The position numbers and the translations under genes were made by a program. Positions 45,117 to 57,445 of a DNA stretch of 64,000 bases are shown here, one piece after another (position 1 is the first letter of the stretch; each line of letters opens with the position of its first letter). Under the pieces are notes generated by a model. It did no database searches. It saw only the letters and a list, made by a program, of their open reading frames with translations, and was not told the origin of the DNA. Source of the stretch: Tricharina praecox (Eukaryota); assembly GCF_024521635.1 (NCBI RefSeq), contig NW_026250417.1, forward strand, positions 496,001 through 560,000, read 5' to 3'.

Positions 45117-46758
45117 TCGTGGGTTCGTCGGGATGTTTATGGGGTTGCTTCACATCTCCGGCTTACTCTACCTGAGCTCACTGCTAAATTCCAACCACTG
45201 TTCCTGGGCTTCTGCAAGAGACTGGCGGGTAGGCTGGTACTGGTTCATTTGTTAGTCGAAACCGAACTGCTCCCTATGACCAGGTCGTTTCCGCGGCTGC
45301 ACACGCCGACTGTCTCAAGCAAGATCACCAGTCCGCCGTCCGAGTGCACGGCCGTATGTGGAATGAAGCAGGATTTTGCTTCAGTGTGCTGTTCCTGTCA
45401 CTCGCCTGGACGGTGTAAACTTGATCGTATGCCCTGTCCTTCAGATCTCTGGCCTACCCACCTACGTACAGCACTGCCGTAGACGAGCCAGGTCAGTACC
45501 GGCTTACGGTGCGAACGCACAGCCGTAACAAAGCCACGTCCACCCACCGGTGTTGAGATGTTCTAGAAATGCAAACTGCAGCCAGCCGCACGTGGGGGAG
45601 AGACAGTGGACACATAAGCCCCGGCCTCCGGCCCCTGGCCTATCCTCCCGCGGCGCAGACTCGTAGTGACGCCTGCTCTAAAGGCTTGTTCGCACCTCGC
45701 TCGAGAAGCTTCTTTGGATACCATTCAATTGAGGATGACATCTCAATACGGCAAACGGTAGAGGAAAATCGGGCTGAGCTCCGGACGAGCATGGGATAGC
45801 TCAGTGGACATTGCCTACATGCATTCCTCTGAAGCAAAGAGGAGCTCAATCAGACAGAAGGCTAGTCCACTGCTATCGATTATCCCACGGCAGCTAGGTC
45901 ATTGTATGGAGAGGTGGAGGGAGACACTGGCCGGGCATAATACTGGGGAAGCGCTCCGGGCGGTGTTATAGGAGAGCTAGGCTCTCCCGACTCTCCAAAG
46001 AAGGTGCATAGCTGGGTTTGGGCTGGCTACATAAAGCAACATACTTATGCGCTGATGTACGATGCCGTGTTTGTTGTTCGCCCTCATCCGTCCCAAGGCC
46101 GCAGCCCTCTCTTCATCAGATGTCCGTCTTCTCAAGTTCACTGGGACACAGGCTTACTTTCGTATCAGAGTCAGAGTGATTGCTGCCCTGGATAGTAAAT
46201 ATTGATTCACGAACCCTAGTTCGCTGTGCATGGTGTGTATGTGTGCAAGCGCAGCGATGAGCATCAGACGTTTGCACTCCATGGGAGCAGTGAACTTGGC
46301 TCTCATGTACAGCCCCGTTTGTTTCGTGCTTGTAGATGTTGCATCGACCGTGTTTGGTGCGATGATGCATGCTTCCCTTTGGGGCGGGACATACCCAAAA
46401 GAGGACTCCGCCTGTCCCAAGTCGGGCCTTCACTGCTTCCTGTCGTTTGGCTTTATTCTTGAGATCGGTCCGCCTCTCCTCTCTACCTTCTCCATTACTC
46501 TTCCATCGTTCATGCTCCCTCTATCCTCCCTCACTGTCCCTCTCCTATCCGTCTTCACAACACTTCCACACATCTTCATCTCCCTCCATCCCTTCCTCTC
46601 TCCTCTCTTCATCGCTACTTTCACCATCATCCTTCATTCAACGACAGAGCCTCCTACCCCCACATTCCTTCTCTTCTTCTTTCCAAATTTTGCCGATTAC
46701 CATCGTTTTCCAACCACTCTCCTTACCTACTCACACCCATCGTACTGATCATACAAAG

Positions 46759-48891
46759 ATGGACCATACTCGCTTTCCCCGCGGTCGTGGTCGTGGGCAC
46801 TCGCTTGCTCCGACCACTCCTCAACATCCTGTTCGCCAGCCTATTAATGCTAGGAACGGTGCCATGGGCTTCGGTGCCATGGGCTTCGGTGTCATCGGCA
46901 GCGGATTGCGTACCGCCAACGCCGGTATTCCCCTCGGATGTAGGCTGTCCAGTGTTCTTTTTCCCGCTGTTTGTTTGTTTGCTACTGTGTTTTGAGTCAA
47001 CTCAAACATATTCGGAATTCCACTAATGTCGCCAGCAGACAATGCGGATAGGAGCGTTGGCCCTGCAAGTGCCCTGCGGGCTTCTCACGGCGTGCACCCA
47101 GCGAAGGACATGTCGGGACCCGGCTTGATGCAAGCTGCCGGTGTGCTTCTGCCATACAACGGTCATCCCCAGCATCACGATAGTGGCACCGATCAGCAAT
47201 TCGCGCTTGATACCAACGGCATGGTCCGACATCTCTTCGCTTCAGGTTCTCACGAGAACCCTGGTCATAGACGTACCTACACCCCCACAGAGGAGCAACT
47301 TGCCCTTTCCTTGCGTCACCTCGGTCTGGTGGCTGGTGACAACTCTCCTACCGCCGCCGAAATCCTCGACATCGCTCAGAGGAGGTTGATGAGGTCGATG
47401 GATCGGAGGGATGCGGACAACGAGCCTGGACTCTCCGACTCGTTTTCTGTGTCTAATGGCACTGAACCTTCCGAAGAACCGCGTACTCCAATTGCTCCGG
47501 CCTCTGGGTTTGGTTACTCTCCGCCAACGCCGAGCAACCAGGGTCGAGTGATGGGAAACGAGCTGTTCTCTGGTCGTCCGGACAACTTGTCCCGCTCCAG
47601 TCACCACCCAAGGGGTACCAGCCAGATCGACCCCTACATCCCACCTGTCAATGACTACGGATTCTTTGCCGAAAGTCCCGATGGCAAACCCGTTTGGACC
47701 GGCAAGGACAACGACGCTGCCCACAGTCAAGTCGTGTCTATGAATGGGAGCCACCGCTCTTGCGATACTGTCATCGGTACTCCGATCGTCCTCTGCCCTT
47801 CGATCGCCCCCTGCCCTTCGAGAAATGAGATCTGTGCCGTCCCCTCCAGTCATGACTCGGAGAATGCCTTGAAGTTAGAAAACGAGCAACTCAGAAGCGA
47901 CCTCGACCGTCTAGAGCAGCAGGCCTATAAGTATCAGTCGAATCTGAACCACGCATGTCAGGTTGCCCTTAAAAACATCACTGTTCGTGAGGCTGAAATC
48001 GCGAGTCTCAAGCGTCAACTACGTCAAGAAGGTCTTCGTCCTTACAATGAGCCCGAAGAGACAGATGATGCTGCTGCTTTTTACGAGAGCGAGCTTGCCA
48101 TGCTTTTCCGTATGGTCTCTTGCTGGGCGAAGCGGTTTTACAAGTTCCCAACCACGGAGACCTTGGGTGAAGACATCCTGAACAAACTGCGCCAGGTCTG
48201 CGAAGATTGGCATAACGAATGCTACTTGATGACCAGTGAACGGACCAAGTTCCTCGTCGTAGTTGCCATGGCTACTCGCATGTTGGCTGGATTGTTTGAG
48301 CCGGCTTTCTTGGATGAGGTTGTCAGCATCTTTCTTGGAAACCCTGATGTCAAGGCTGGAGACGGACTTCGTGAGATCATTCATTTTGCTAGACTAGGTA
48401 AAGCCTTCAAGCACCGGTATAAACTCGCCACTTACTAATATGTTGTGTCAGGCAATCCTGAATTTGACGATCTCATCTACGATGCTTTCCAGGAAGCTGC
48501 CAGCAAGAAGGCCGGCATTTTCGTGAAATTGATACGCCCCTTGATGAGCCGTATGACCGACAAGACGCACGCCGAGCAGACGCACAAGCAATTCGTCCAG
48601 GTCACTCAGCATGCGGCAAGGATCGTCCTTGGAGCAGCGAAGAAGGAGGTTGCCTTCAACGTGCAGTTCTTTCATTTCGGAGAGCGTTTCAGCGCAGACA
48701 TTATGAAAGATGTGACTGCCGATAATCTCGGATCTGACGCCGCTGCGAAGATTAGGGCTTCCCTTCTCCTCGAACTGCGTGGTGCATGGATTCGTCTTTG
48801 TATGCTTCCTTACATCACTGTTTCCATCAAGGAAAATGGTGACACCTACCGTCAGGTCGAGGCTTCCAAGGCCAATGTGCTCCTGCTTTGA
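46759..48891 (+). CDS. Hypothetical protein with a disordered N-half, central coiled coil and helical C-terminal domain
   Basis: Exons 46759-46939, 47039-48397, 48452-48891 give an in-frame 659-aa product. Heptads ENALKLENEQLRSDLDRLEQQ..EIASLKRQL. Pyrimidine-rich leader upstream. Confidence 0.8.
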
Positions 48892-50444
48892 TTCCCTTGA
48901 GATTTGTGATTGAATTGTAGATGTGGTATTTTGATCACGTTTCGTTTTTTGTCCATATTTGGTTTTTTTGCCAATTGTCGATTTGCATTCTTGTACCGAG
49001 CATTCACCCGAATTGCTCTTTTCTCGTGATTTTTCTTCCTTCTTTTCGAGTGTTTCGTTTGGCTGACTGGATTCGAAACAAGAGCTGTTTCTTGCGCTTC
49101 GAAGTTTAGAGTTAGGTCATTTTTTTCTCTGATTTTCTTTTTCTTTGGTTCGACGTCGACGGAATATGGGAGTCATGTACCAACAGTGGGGGGACGGGTT
49201 TTGGCGGAGCGGGGTTGGGTTGGGTTGGGTTGGCTTTTCTCTCAGGTTCCGAAGGATGAACCATAATTGCATCGTTGTACCTAGATAGGGCGGACTAGAT
49301 CTAGACGATGTGCATAGGGAATAGAGAAATGGATAACCGCATTAGAAGTGGGTGGAGAAGTGGGTGGAGAATTGGGTAGGCGTGAGTACTATATGTAGGA
49401 AGCGCTAGTGATACCCTGTGAATCGTGATCGTCTGCTGTGCCCGGTTGATCCCTCTATCTACATACATGGCATCACGGAGGAGACTTTGGGTATAGTATT
49501 GTCCCATCTATGTAGCTGTCATGCACTGCTATTGCTCTCAGGCAAAGCTAGTTATTATGTTCCAAAGTTACAGTATGAAGTTTTAAGCAGTCAATGGATT
49601 ATATATTTCCACGCCTGAGCAATCCCAGACGTCTCTGTGAGGAGACGGCCTCTACTATACTACAGTACCTAAGGACGGCTATCGTCGCGATAAGGGGTCT
49701 CCTATATATGCATATGTAGGTTCGGCTTTGTGCAGATCTGCACTTGCGGACGACTCGGCCATCTCAACCATACATCGAGAATTGTCGGGTCTGTATGTAT
49801 GTCTGTAGGCACGGTATGTCCGCCAGATACGGAGTACTACTCTATACTGTAGATACTCGGCGGGGGAGAATTCGGTTCCTATTCCACGTATGTACGGACG
49901 GCCTTGATGTCCACAGACGGTCGTCTAGGTGTTCTAGGTCCAGGTCTACGGTCATGTTCAACCAAATCCCCCGCCGGTGACCTCAGTCGTCGAGACCCAA
50001 AGAGTCACAAATTTAGTTGCATCTAGAATTGTCGTGGTTGGGTAACTTGGGTTTGGGGATGTCTGGTAACTACGGTTGGGTATGGGCCCTGGGAATTCCT
50101 GCCACCTGGTACGGCTGTGCCCGAGAATTCCCTATTCCATGGTCGTATGTAGGACTGAAGCTGGGTCCGAGGGCGATCTTTCCTCTACATACATACATAC
50201 GGTCGCCGTGTTCAAGCCTTCGCGGCGTGCTTTGAGGAAAGGGGGAAAGAAAGGAAGCAGAACAGAGCAGAGAGGCGCTTGATGCCTGTGCCTGTGGCTG
50301 GTGCACGTCTAAGACCGTAAATAGGTGTTCTCTACCGATGGCTACTGGTTAGCTACCGGTACTAGAGGTACTAGACAGGGCTCGAGTGCGGGAAATTGCG
50401 ATTGGCTCTCCTATCCCCCCGTACTAGGCGGAGAGGAAGAAGAA

Positions 50445-50477
50445 GGAGGAGGAGGAGGAGGAGGAGGAGGAGGAGGA
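50445..50477. repeat. (GGA)11 microsatellite
   Basis: Direct reading of an intergenic run. Confidence 0.9.
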
Positions 50478-51187
50478 GAAGAAGATGAAGTTCTTTGGCC
50501 GCAGCGAGGACCCGATGTCGGGAGGGAGGGAGGGAGGGAGGAAGCATTCACTCCAAAATTTATGCGTATGTAAAGGGGTAACTTTTCGCACCCTCCACCG
50601 CGCCATACATAGAGGACAGTTCTAGCCGGCGGAGGCCAGCTTCTCCTCCTGCATGCACATCTAGAGTAACTACATGTCATTAGTTACCGGCTGGATTCCA
50701 GCTCGAGCTTGAGCTCGGACTCATCCCCCCATCTAAGTACCCCAGATCTGTCTATATTTAAGGCTCGAGTGCCACTGCCACGCACAGACGGAAACGAGTT
50801 TGGGATTATGCTTATATTTATGCGCAGCCGCGGATAGGAGAATCTAACTGTCCGCCCCCACTTGATGGAATCTGGATGCCAGGTTGAAGCCGAGGTAGAA
50901 AGCTAAGGGAACGGAGCGAGAGAGAGAGAGAGAGAGGGAAAATCAATTTCTTGTGGCGAGTAAACGGAGACTGACGCGCGGCGGTGATGTCAGCTAGAGT
51001 AGAGAACCACGAGTGATAGGTGTGATGGTGGGTCAAAAATCATATCTAGGGGGACGGAAGAAACATGCTTTCGTGGCCACCCACTTGCCGGCTGGGGTCT
51101 ACGTATTAGCGCACGGACCACGTTACGACTGCTAGTCATGGATTATCATCTGAAGTCAGGATATACGAGTTGCAAAAAAAAAACTCC

Positions 51188-51293
51188 TATCCCTGGTGGG
51201 GGTCGAACCCACGACATTCGCATAGCGATATAAGATCGACTGAAGCCGAGTTTCCCATATAAGAACGACGCGCTACCACTGCGCCACAGGGAT
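51188..51293 (-). tRNA. tRNA-Ile (anticodon UAU) with a 34-nt intron
   Basis: Acceptor ATCCCTG/CAGGGAT+A, D arm GCGC-AGTGGTA-GCGC, anticodon TAT at 51261-51259, intron 51257-51224 after base 37, T arm GTGGG-TTCGACC-CCCAC. A T10 Pol III terminator follows at 51183-51174. Confidence 0.93.
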
Positions 51294-51742
51294 TTTAGAT
51301 GTTCGTGAGTGCGTTTTATGTTTTATAGGGCCAATTGATTGGCTTGAGATCCTTAATTATTTTTTCCCGCAGCCAACCACCCCCCCCCCCCCGGCAAAAG
51401 TCGCCAGCCGTGTACCTATCCAGCTGTGATATGATATCGACCTATGCGTTTCACGGCGACGCTAATAAATCCAATGCGGCCCGTTTCCTGCAGCCTCGAG
51501 AGCGTAACTTCCTACTCACATCAAAAAAAAAACGAGGCCCTGGTTATTATTCCGAAAAATCTCTCCACCACACACCACCCGAGAACTAACATACCACTTA
51601 ACGCCTTCGTTCCCGTTACCTTTAAACACCCCTTTCCCCCCTTCCATTCGTTGTACCTCTCCAACCCTTCCCGCGCCGCTACCTCTCGTCAACACAACAA
51701 CTGCCTTCTCGAAACTTTAGCAAAACACTACTCCGCGTCACA

Positions 51743-53060
51743 ATGGAATCCCGATCCTTCCCTACCATCTCCCTGGCCGAGCTCGAAAAGCACTCCTCAT
51801 CGAAGTCATGCTATGTCACGATTGGCAGCAAGGTCTACGACGTGACATCGTTCCTCTCTGACCACCCTGGTGGTGAGGACTTGATTCTCGAGTTCGTCCA
51901 CCTACCCCCTTTTGGGCACATGTTGCAACGCACACGCAACCTGTAGCTAACTTCGCGAAGCTATGGCGGTAAAGACATCACGGCGATTCTCGCCGACGAC
52001 ATCTCGCACCAGCATTCGGAATCAGCCTACGAAATCCTTGCGGACTACCACGTCGGTTTCCTGCCGCTGTCGCATATTCCCGCCGTGGTAGGAGGTAAGA
52101 TGCCACCATCGCCGCCTCGCACGCCTCGCACGCCCAGCATCCACACCGCTACGGGAATGGAATCGGAAGAGGAGCTGTCGATCACCACCGATATCGCGGG
52201 CGATTATAAGACGCACAAGTTTTTGGATCTCAGCAAGCCGCTGTTAATGCAGGTGTGGGGCGGCGGGTTCTCGAAGGACTTCTACCTTGAGCAGGTACAT
52301 AAGCCACGACACTACAAGGGCGGCGAGAGCGCTCCGCTGTTTGGGAACTTCCTCGAGCCTCTGAGCAAAACGCCTTGGTGGGTGGTGCCCACGGTGTGGC
52401 TGCCGTGGATTTTGTATGGGCTTTACCGGGCGAACCTGGGGATGGAGAAAACGACTACCACAGCGTCGTGGGCGGTGCTGGGTCTGTGCATCTGGTCATT
52501 GGTGGAGTACGGAATGCACAGGTGTCTTTTTCACATCGACGAGTAAGAGGCCACGTAAACATCCCAGGATATGTATGCACGCGTACTGATATGCGAGACT
52601 AGAAAAATGCCCGACAACAGAGTCTTCATTACGCTACACTTTCTGCTGCACGGAATCCATCACTACCTGCCGATGGATAAGCTGCGGCTGGTAATGCCGC
52701 CCGCATTGTTCACCGTACTGGCGATCCCGTTCTGGAAACTCGCCCACACCGTCTTCTTCTGGAACTGGTACATCGCCACCGCAGTGTTCTGTGGTGGAAT
52801 CTTCGGATACGTTTGTTACGACCTTACTCACTACTTCTTGCACCACAAATCGTACGCTTCATTCCCACCCCCATACTGGTGTACCCCCACTAACCCACTC
52901 CAGCCTTCCCTCCTACTACAAGGAACTAAAGAAGTACCACCTCCAGCACCACTTCTCCGACTACCAGAAGGGCTTCGGAGTTACCTCCAAGTTCTGGGAC
53001 AAAGTCTTTGGCACCGAGTTGATGTACGGACCCAATGGTAAGTCGGAGAAGGAGCAGTAA
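51743..53060 (+). CDS. scs7: Sphingolipid fatty-acid alpha-hydroxylase (cytochrome b5 plus di-metal hydroxylase domain)
   Basis: b5 motif VYDVTSFLSDHPGG and His boxes EYGMHRCLFH, LHFLLHGIHH, YDLTHYFLHH, KKYHLQHH, plus FGVTSKFWDKVFGT. Three introns. Confidence 0.96.
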
Positions 53061-54262
53061 ACTGGATGCGCAGCCAACAAACACACGGAACCTTTTCTTT
53101 CCGGTCGCCCACATGCGGTTACCCATCTGTTATATTGCAAATTGGTCATGACGTTACGAATCGCTTTTTTTTATCGTAAAATAAAAAAGAATAGGTGAAG
53201 AAGGGTAGACACTTTAGGGTAGAACTTCAAAGCTGATTTCGCAACTTCGGGGTTTGGGGTTTTCTACTCTCGGATTTTTTCTTTCCATTTGTTCGTTTTC
53301 TTTTTCCTTCAGTTCAGCTCAAAGCTTGCTTGTTGTGTGTGCATTCTACATATCTGTTGGCTGGCTGTGGTGGTGGATATCTGCATATGCGTTCTGTATA
53401 CACATACATAGACTCCCTGCTCCTCCCCATCCATCCATCCATCCATACCTACATCCTCCGTTGTAAATACATTTTGATCTATCTCTATCTCTAGCGGCCG
53501 CTGGAAACACGGCACCTTCCCTTTTCTGTTTCTGTTTCTCTTTTATTTTATTGTACTTCAGTTGCTACATAGACCTTGCCCTCCCTCCCTACTTACCTAC
53601 CCCACAATTTGTTAATCTACATATATACATGTATGTATCCGCATTTTCATCAAGGGGAGTGGAACGTGGAACTGTGGGAGGGAGATTGATTGTAATGTCT
53701 AATCCGAGACTTGCTTGGCACGGGGTGGATGGAGGGGGTGGACCATGGACCGTGGAGGGGGGAGAGAGGGCCTGGGAGAGAAGAGTACCGTATATACGAA
53801 CGTGATGGCAATCACTGTTTACAATCTAGTTACATGTTGAGAGTATGATATGCCCGGTACCGGTAGTTAGTGTGCACTGTGCATCCTGGCCTTCCATTGA
53901 CCGACCGACCGACCTGACCTATCGTGTAGAGTATGGGGGGCATGTGTACAGTGTCGCCAGTTGAGTTGAGTTCAGTACCGTAATCCCGCCCCTCCAACCC
54001 AACCAAACACCGAGTAGAGTGGTAGTAGATCTGCGGGCCGATAGGTAAGGTAGGATGTAAGCATCTACAGTCCACTCGATACTCTGCTTCGTAAACACTG
54101 TGCATCCAGCGTATCATGTATGTACGCAGAGTTGGTAAGGAACCTAGGTACGGCTGGTTGGTACGGCTGGTAGGTACGGTTGGTGGGTACTGTACGGTAC
54201 GGTGCCCAACCCGTAGGTGCGGCGAGCCCTTGTAGCACATCACAACATCACATCACATCCCA

Positions 54263-54316
54263 TACATCCTATCGCCGTACATCCTATCGCCGTACATCCT
54301 ATCCATCCTATCGCCG
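54263..54316. repeat. 15-bp imperfect tandem repeat (TACATCCTATCGCCG) in a low-complexity intergenic tract
   Basis: Two full and two partial units, flanked by CACAT, GTCTC and TTCACA micro-repeats. Confidence 0.85.
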
Positions 54317-54915
54317 CACCTCGTCTCGTCTCGTCTCGCATCGTCTCACATCACGTTCACATTCACATTCACGTTCAGCCCCGTCGCCCCGGATGCTATC
54401 CTCGCCGAGCAGCGCGCGCGCGCAAAAAAAAAAACTCAGACACATACCTAAACTATCCCAGTGGGGAGAGAGAGGGCAGAAACACCGCCGGAGCTCGGAA
54501 TTTCAAGGCTCCGATGGATGTATGTGACGTGGTTTTTTGCAGGTGCAGCCGTCCGTTCCGAGGCACCCGTGGGCCTGGGGTCACGCGACTGGCGATGGCG
54601 ATGGCGGATTGTAAGGAAGGAAGGATGGAGGGGCAGGGAAACAAAGGGTCGTCATGGGAGTGGTAGGTAGGGTGTAGGGCTCAGGGCGGAGTTTCCGGAG
54701 TTTCGGGGGTGGATTACTGATTGTGATTACTGGTCGCGGGACCGCGGGGATGTGTTGGAGTGGCAATGGTGATGGGTTGTGATTGAGTTGGGGGTGTGAT
54801 AATGTATGATGGATCTCAGGTATATGATTCATAGGAGTGACAGACATGTGTGGACGAAGAATCATTTCATTCATGATTGTCCTAACAGACCAGAATTAGA
54901 CGGATGCAAAAACAT

Positions 54916-56058
54916 CTACAAACCCTGAAGCTTTGCCTCCTGCTCAATGAGCTCATCCAGCGTCTCCAGCAGTGATTTTTCAGTTGGGGCCCAGCCAAGC
55001 TTCCTCGCCCTCTCGGCCTTGCCTATGCTGTTAGTTCCCCACAGCACATGCCCAAACGGATGCAACTTCTTGACCTCCTCCACATCCAGCTCCTCAACCT
55101 CAGCACTCTTGAGATACCCCTTCGCAGCGGCACGCTTGGTAATCTCCCTCGCGAGCTCACCCCACGAAAAATCGCCATCCTCAGCAAAGTAGTAACCCTC
55201 GGTATCCCAGTCCGCACCCTGGCCACCCTTCACTGCCGCCTCGGTGAGGAGGAGGTACAGCGCACAGAGATCGCGGATGTGCACCGAGTTCCATACATTC
55301 TTTCCGCCGCGGACAGTAAAGCCCTTTCCGCGCTTCAGGATCGCCTTGGTGAGGCCGGGCGTCTGGATGGAGCGGGTGTTTGCGACGCCCAAGCCGGGGC
55401 CGTAGATCGTGGGTGGGCACACGATCGCCGTGTGCACGTTGCTGGGAGACGCGAGGACGATGGTGTCGACGTCGCGGTGCACGTGGCCCTCCTCCGGGAA
55501 CGAGGTGACGGTGGACAGCGTGGATACGTCCGCGTATTTCTCCTCCGAGAGGATTGTGGCTCCGAAGCGCTCCGGCTTGCTGATGTCGGCGAGCAACGCC
55601 GAGCCCGAGGTGTGGATCAGGTACTTGGGCTTGTCCGAGGCGGCGAGGCCCTCGGTGATGGCTTTCGCCGAGGCAACGTGGTCACAGTCAGCGAAGTCTG
55701 TGGGGGTCCAGCCATCAGTATCAGCATTTTATCCCATCTCGTCTCATAGGAAAAGGTTGGGCGTACGCAAAACGATATCAGCCTTAGCACACTCGGCCTT
55801 GATAGTATCGACGGAATCGAGGTCGCCCTTGACGATTCGTACGGACGAGTATTTGGATTTTACGAGCTCGGCCTTGTCATCGCTCCGCACCAAAGCAGCG
55901 ACCTCGTATTCCGGGTGGGCTTTGATGATGACATCGACGGCCGAGCCGCCAATGTAGCCTGTGATGCCGGTGCTGGTGGGAATCAGTATTGATCCGTCCG
56001 TTGAGATCCAATTCGGAGAGAGAGAAGGAGCAGCTTACACGAAGAGTTTGGGAGTCAT
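54916..56058 (-). CDS. NAD(P)-binding epimerase/dehydratase (atypical/extended SDR, YLL056C-like)
   Basis: MTPKLFV|TGITGYIGGS (GxxGxxG), IHTSGS, IVCPPTIYGPG, WNSVHIRDL, GYYFAE, WGTNS..RARKLGW. Two introns. Confidence 0.92.
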
Positions 56059-56942
56059 TGCTTGCTGTTTTGGTTATAAGTGTGTAGTGTGTGGTGTGGA
56101 TTCGAGGGATGGTTGCTTTCAGAGCAGGTGTCGTGTCGTGTCGTTGCGGGTGGTAGTGGTAGAGGAGGGAGTGAGGGGAAGCCCTTTTATGTGACAATTG
56201 AATTGACCGCCCGTCACACCCTCACAGCTCAATCCATTATATTCCACATATGTGGATGTAACGTCTGCGTGTTGATTCGGGCCAGCTCTGACGACACCGC
56301 TTCCCCACTTTTGCACTGCAGGTTAGACGCGGATAGAATGCGGCTGCATATGGAAATCTTAAATCGCACCCTTGACTCCTAGAGGAATAGAGTAACGACC
56401 GCATGGGGATATCACCGCCGACTGGAGAGAGGTAATCCAGTAAGCTCGAATGCAACGATGATTAAACAAGGAAAAAGAAGGATGGGGAGAGGAGAAAGGT
56501 AAACGAAGTGAATGATTTGTAAGCGGCCTTATTACAAAACCTCGGTCCATGCGGAAATGCACTTCTCTGCGTTTCTGGTGGCAGAAACGGCTGGGAGATT
56601 CGATGGGATTCTCGCGCAAGTGGGGTGTTAATTCGTGTGAGCGACGGGAAGGATCCCTGCGATGATGGGATGGGAGCACCCAATCGTGCAATTGGGATCG
56701 GAGGATAGGTGCTTAGGTAAGAGGTTTTCCGGTGAATCAGTGCTATCTACAGTTAGCAGGCACCTTGGGGGCCGTCATGCAAGACGGGCCGTGGCCGTTC
56801 GCTTTACTGTGATAGGGTAGATACATTTTGCCACATGTTCCGTTTGATGCCAATCGTGGAAACTTGCACAAACATTCATTCCCCATCACTCGATTCAGCT
56901 CCATATGATGGTATCATCTTCACTCATTCCTATTATCCACCC

Positions 56943-57445
56943 CTACACATGCAGGTTTATTGCCTTCCCAGACTTTGCGTATAGCGACCTTAAGCTCCTC
57001 CGCCGTCTCCCGGTGCTTCTCGATCCTCTAATCAATCTCACTAATCTCCTGCTCAATGCGCTCCGCACTCTATTCCAGCAATTGCTGCACCTCTTCGAGC
57101 GGCAGATGCAGAAACAGACATCCGATCTTGTCGGGTACCAGCTTGTCTCCGTTCGCGAGCTCGCACTCGGAGGTCACGTCTTAGGTACTCCACTCGTTCT
57201 CTTGCTAGGGAAACGGGTTGTGGGGGGTGGGGGGAAGTGGGCGGAGCGCGGGACGGTGGGCACACGTGTTTGGCTTATAGCTCGTCGCGAAGAATGCCTT
57301 GCTCCCGGTGAAGGGTGGAGAAACGGCTGCTTCAGTGGTCCGCTCGTGGCACTTGCGTGTCGGCTGCGGCTCTGTCTTCGCGGGAGAGCTAGGGAGCGCT
57401 GTCAGCGGCGATCGGTGGTCGTTTGTGCCACGGGCGGTTGTCCAT
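56943..57445 (-). pseudogene. Unprocessed pseudogene of prefoldin subunit 4 (GIM3/PFDN4-like)
   Basis: Hand translation: MDNR.. | LSREDRAAADTQVPRADH*SSRFSTLHREQGILRDEL*AKH | ..EYL/DVTSECELANGDKLVPDKIGCLFLHLPLEEVQQLLE*SAERIEQEISEID*RIEKHRETAEELKVA/YAKSGKAINLHV*. Four internal stops, frameshifts and intron remnants. Confidence 0.85.

Noticed and set aside
49211..49232. (GGGTT)4 as an interstitial telomere
   Set aside because: Not TTAGGG and very short. At most a possible G-quadruplex-forming microsatellite.
57028..57072. A-to-I editing rescue of the TAG stops in the prefoldin-like sequence
   Set aside because: Editing would give Trp at Gln/Glu-like coiled-coil positions and cannot repair the frameshifts.
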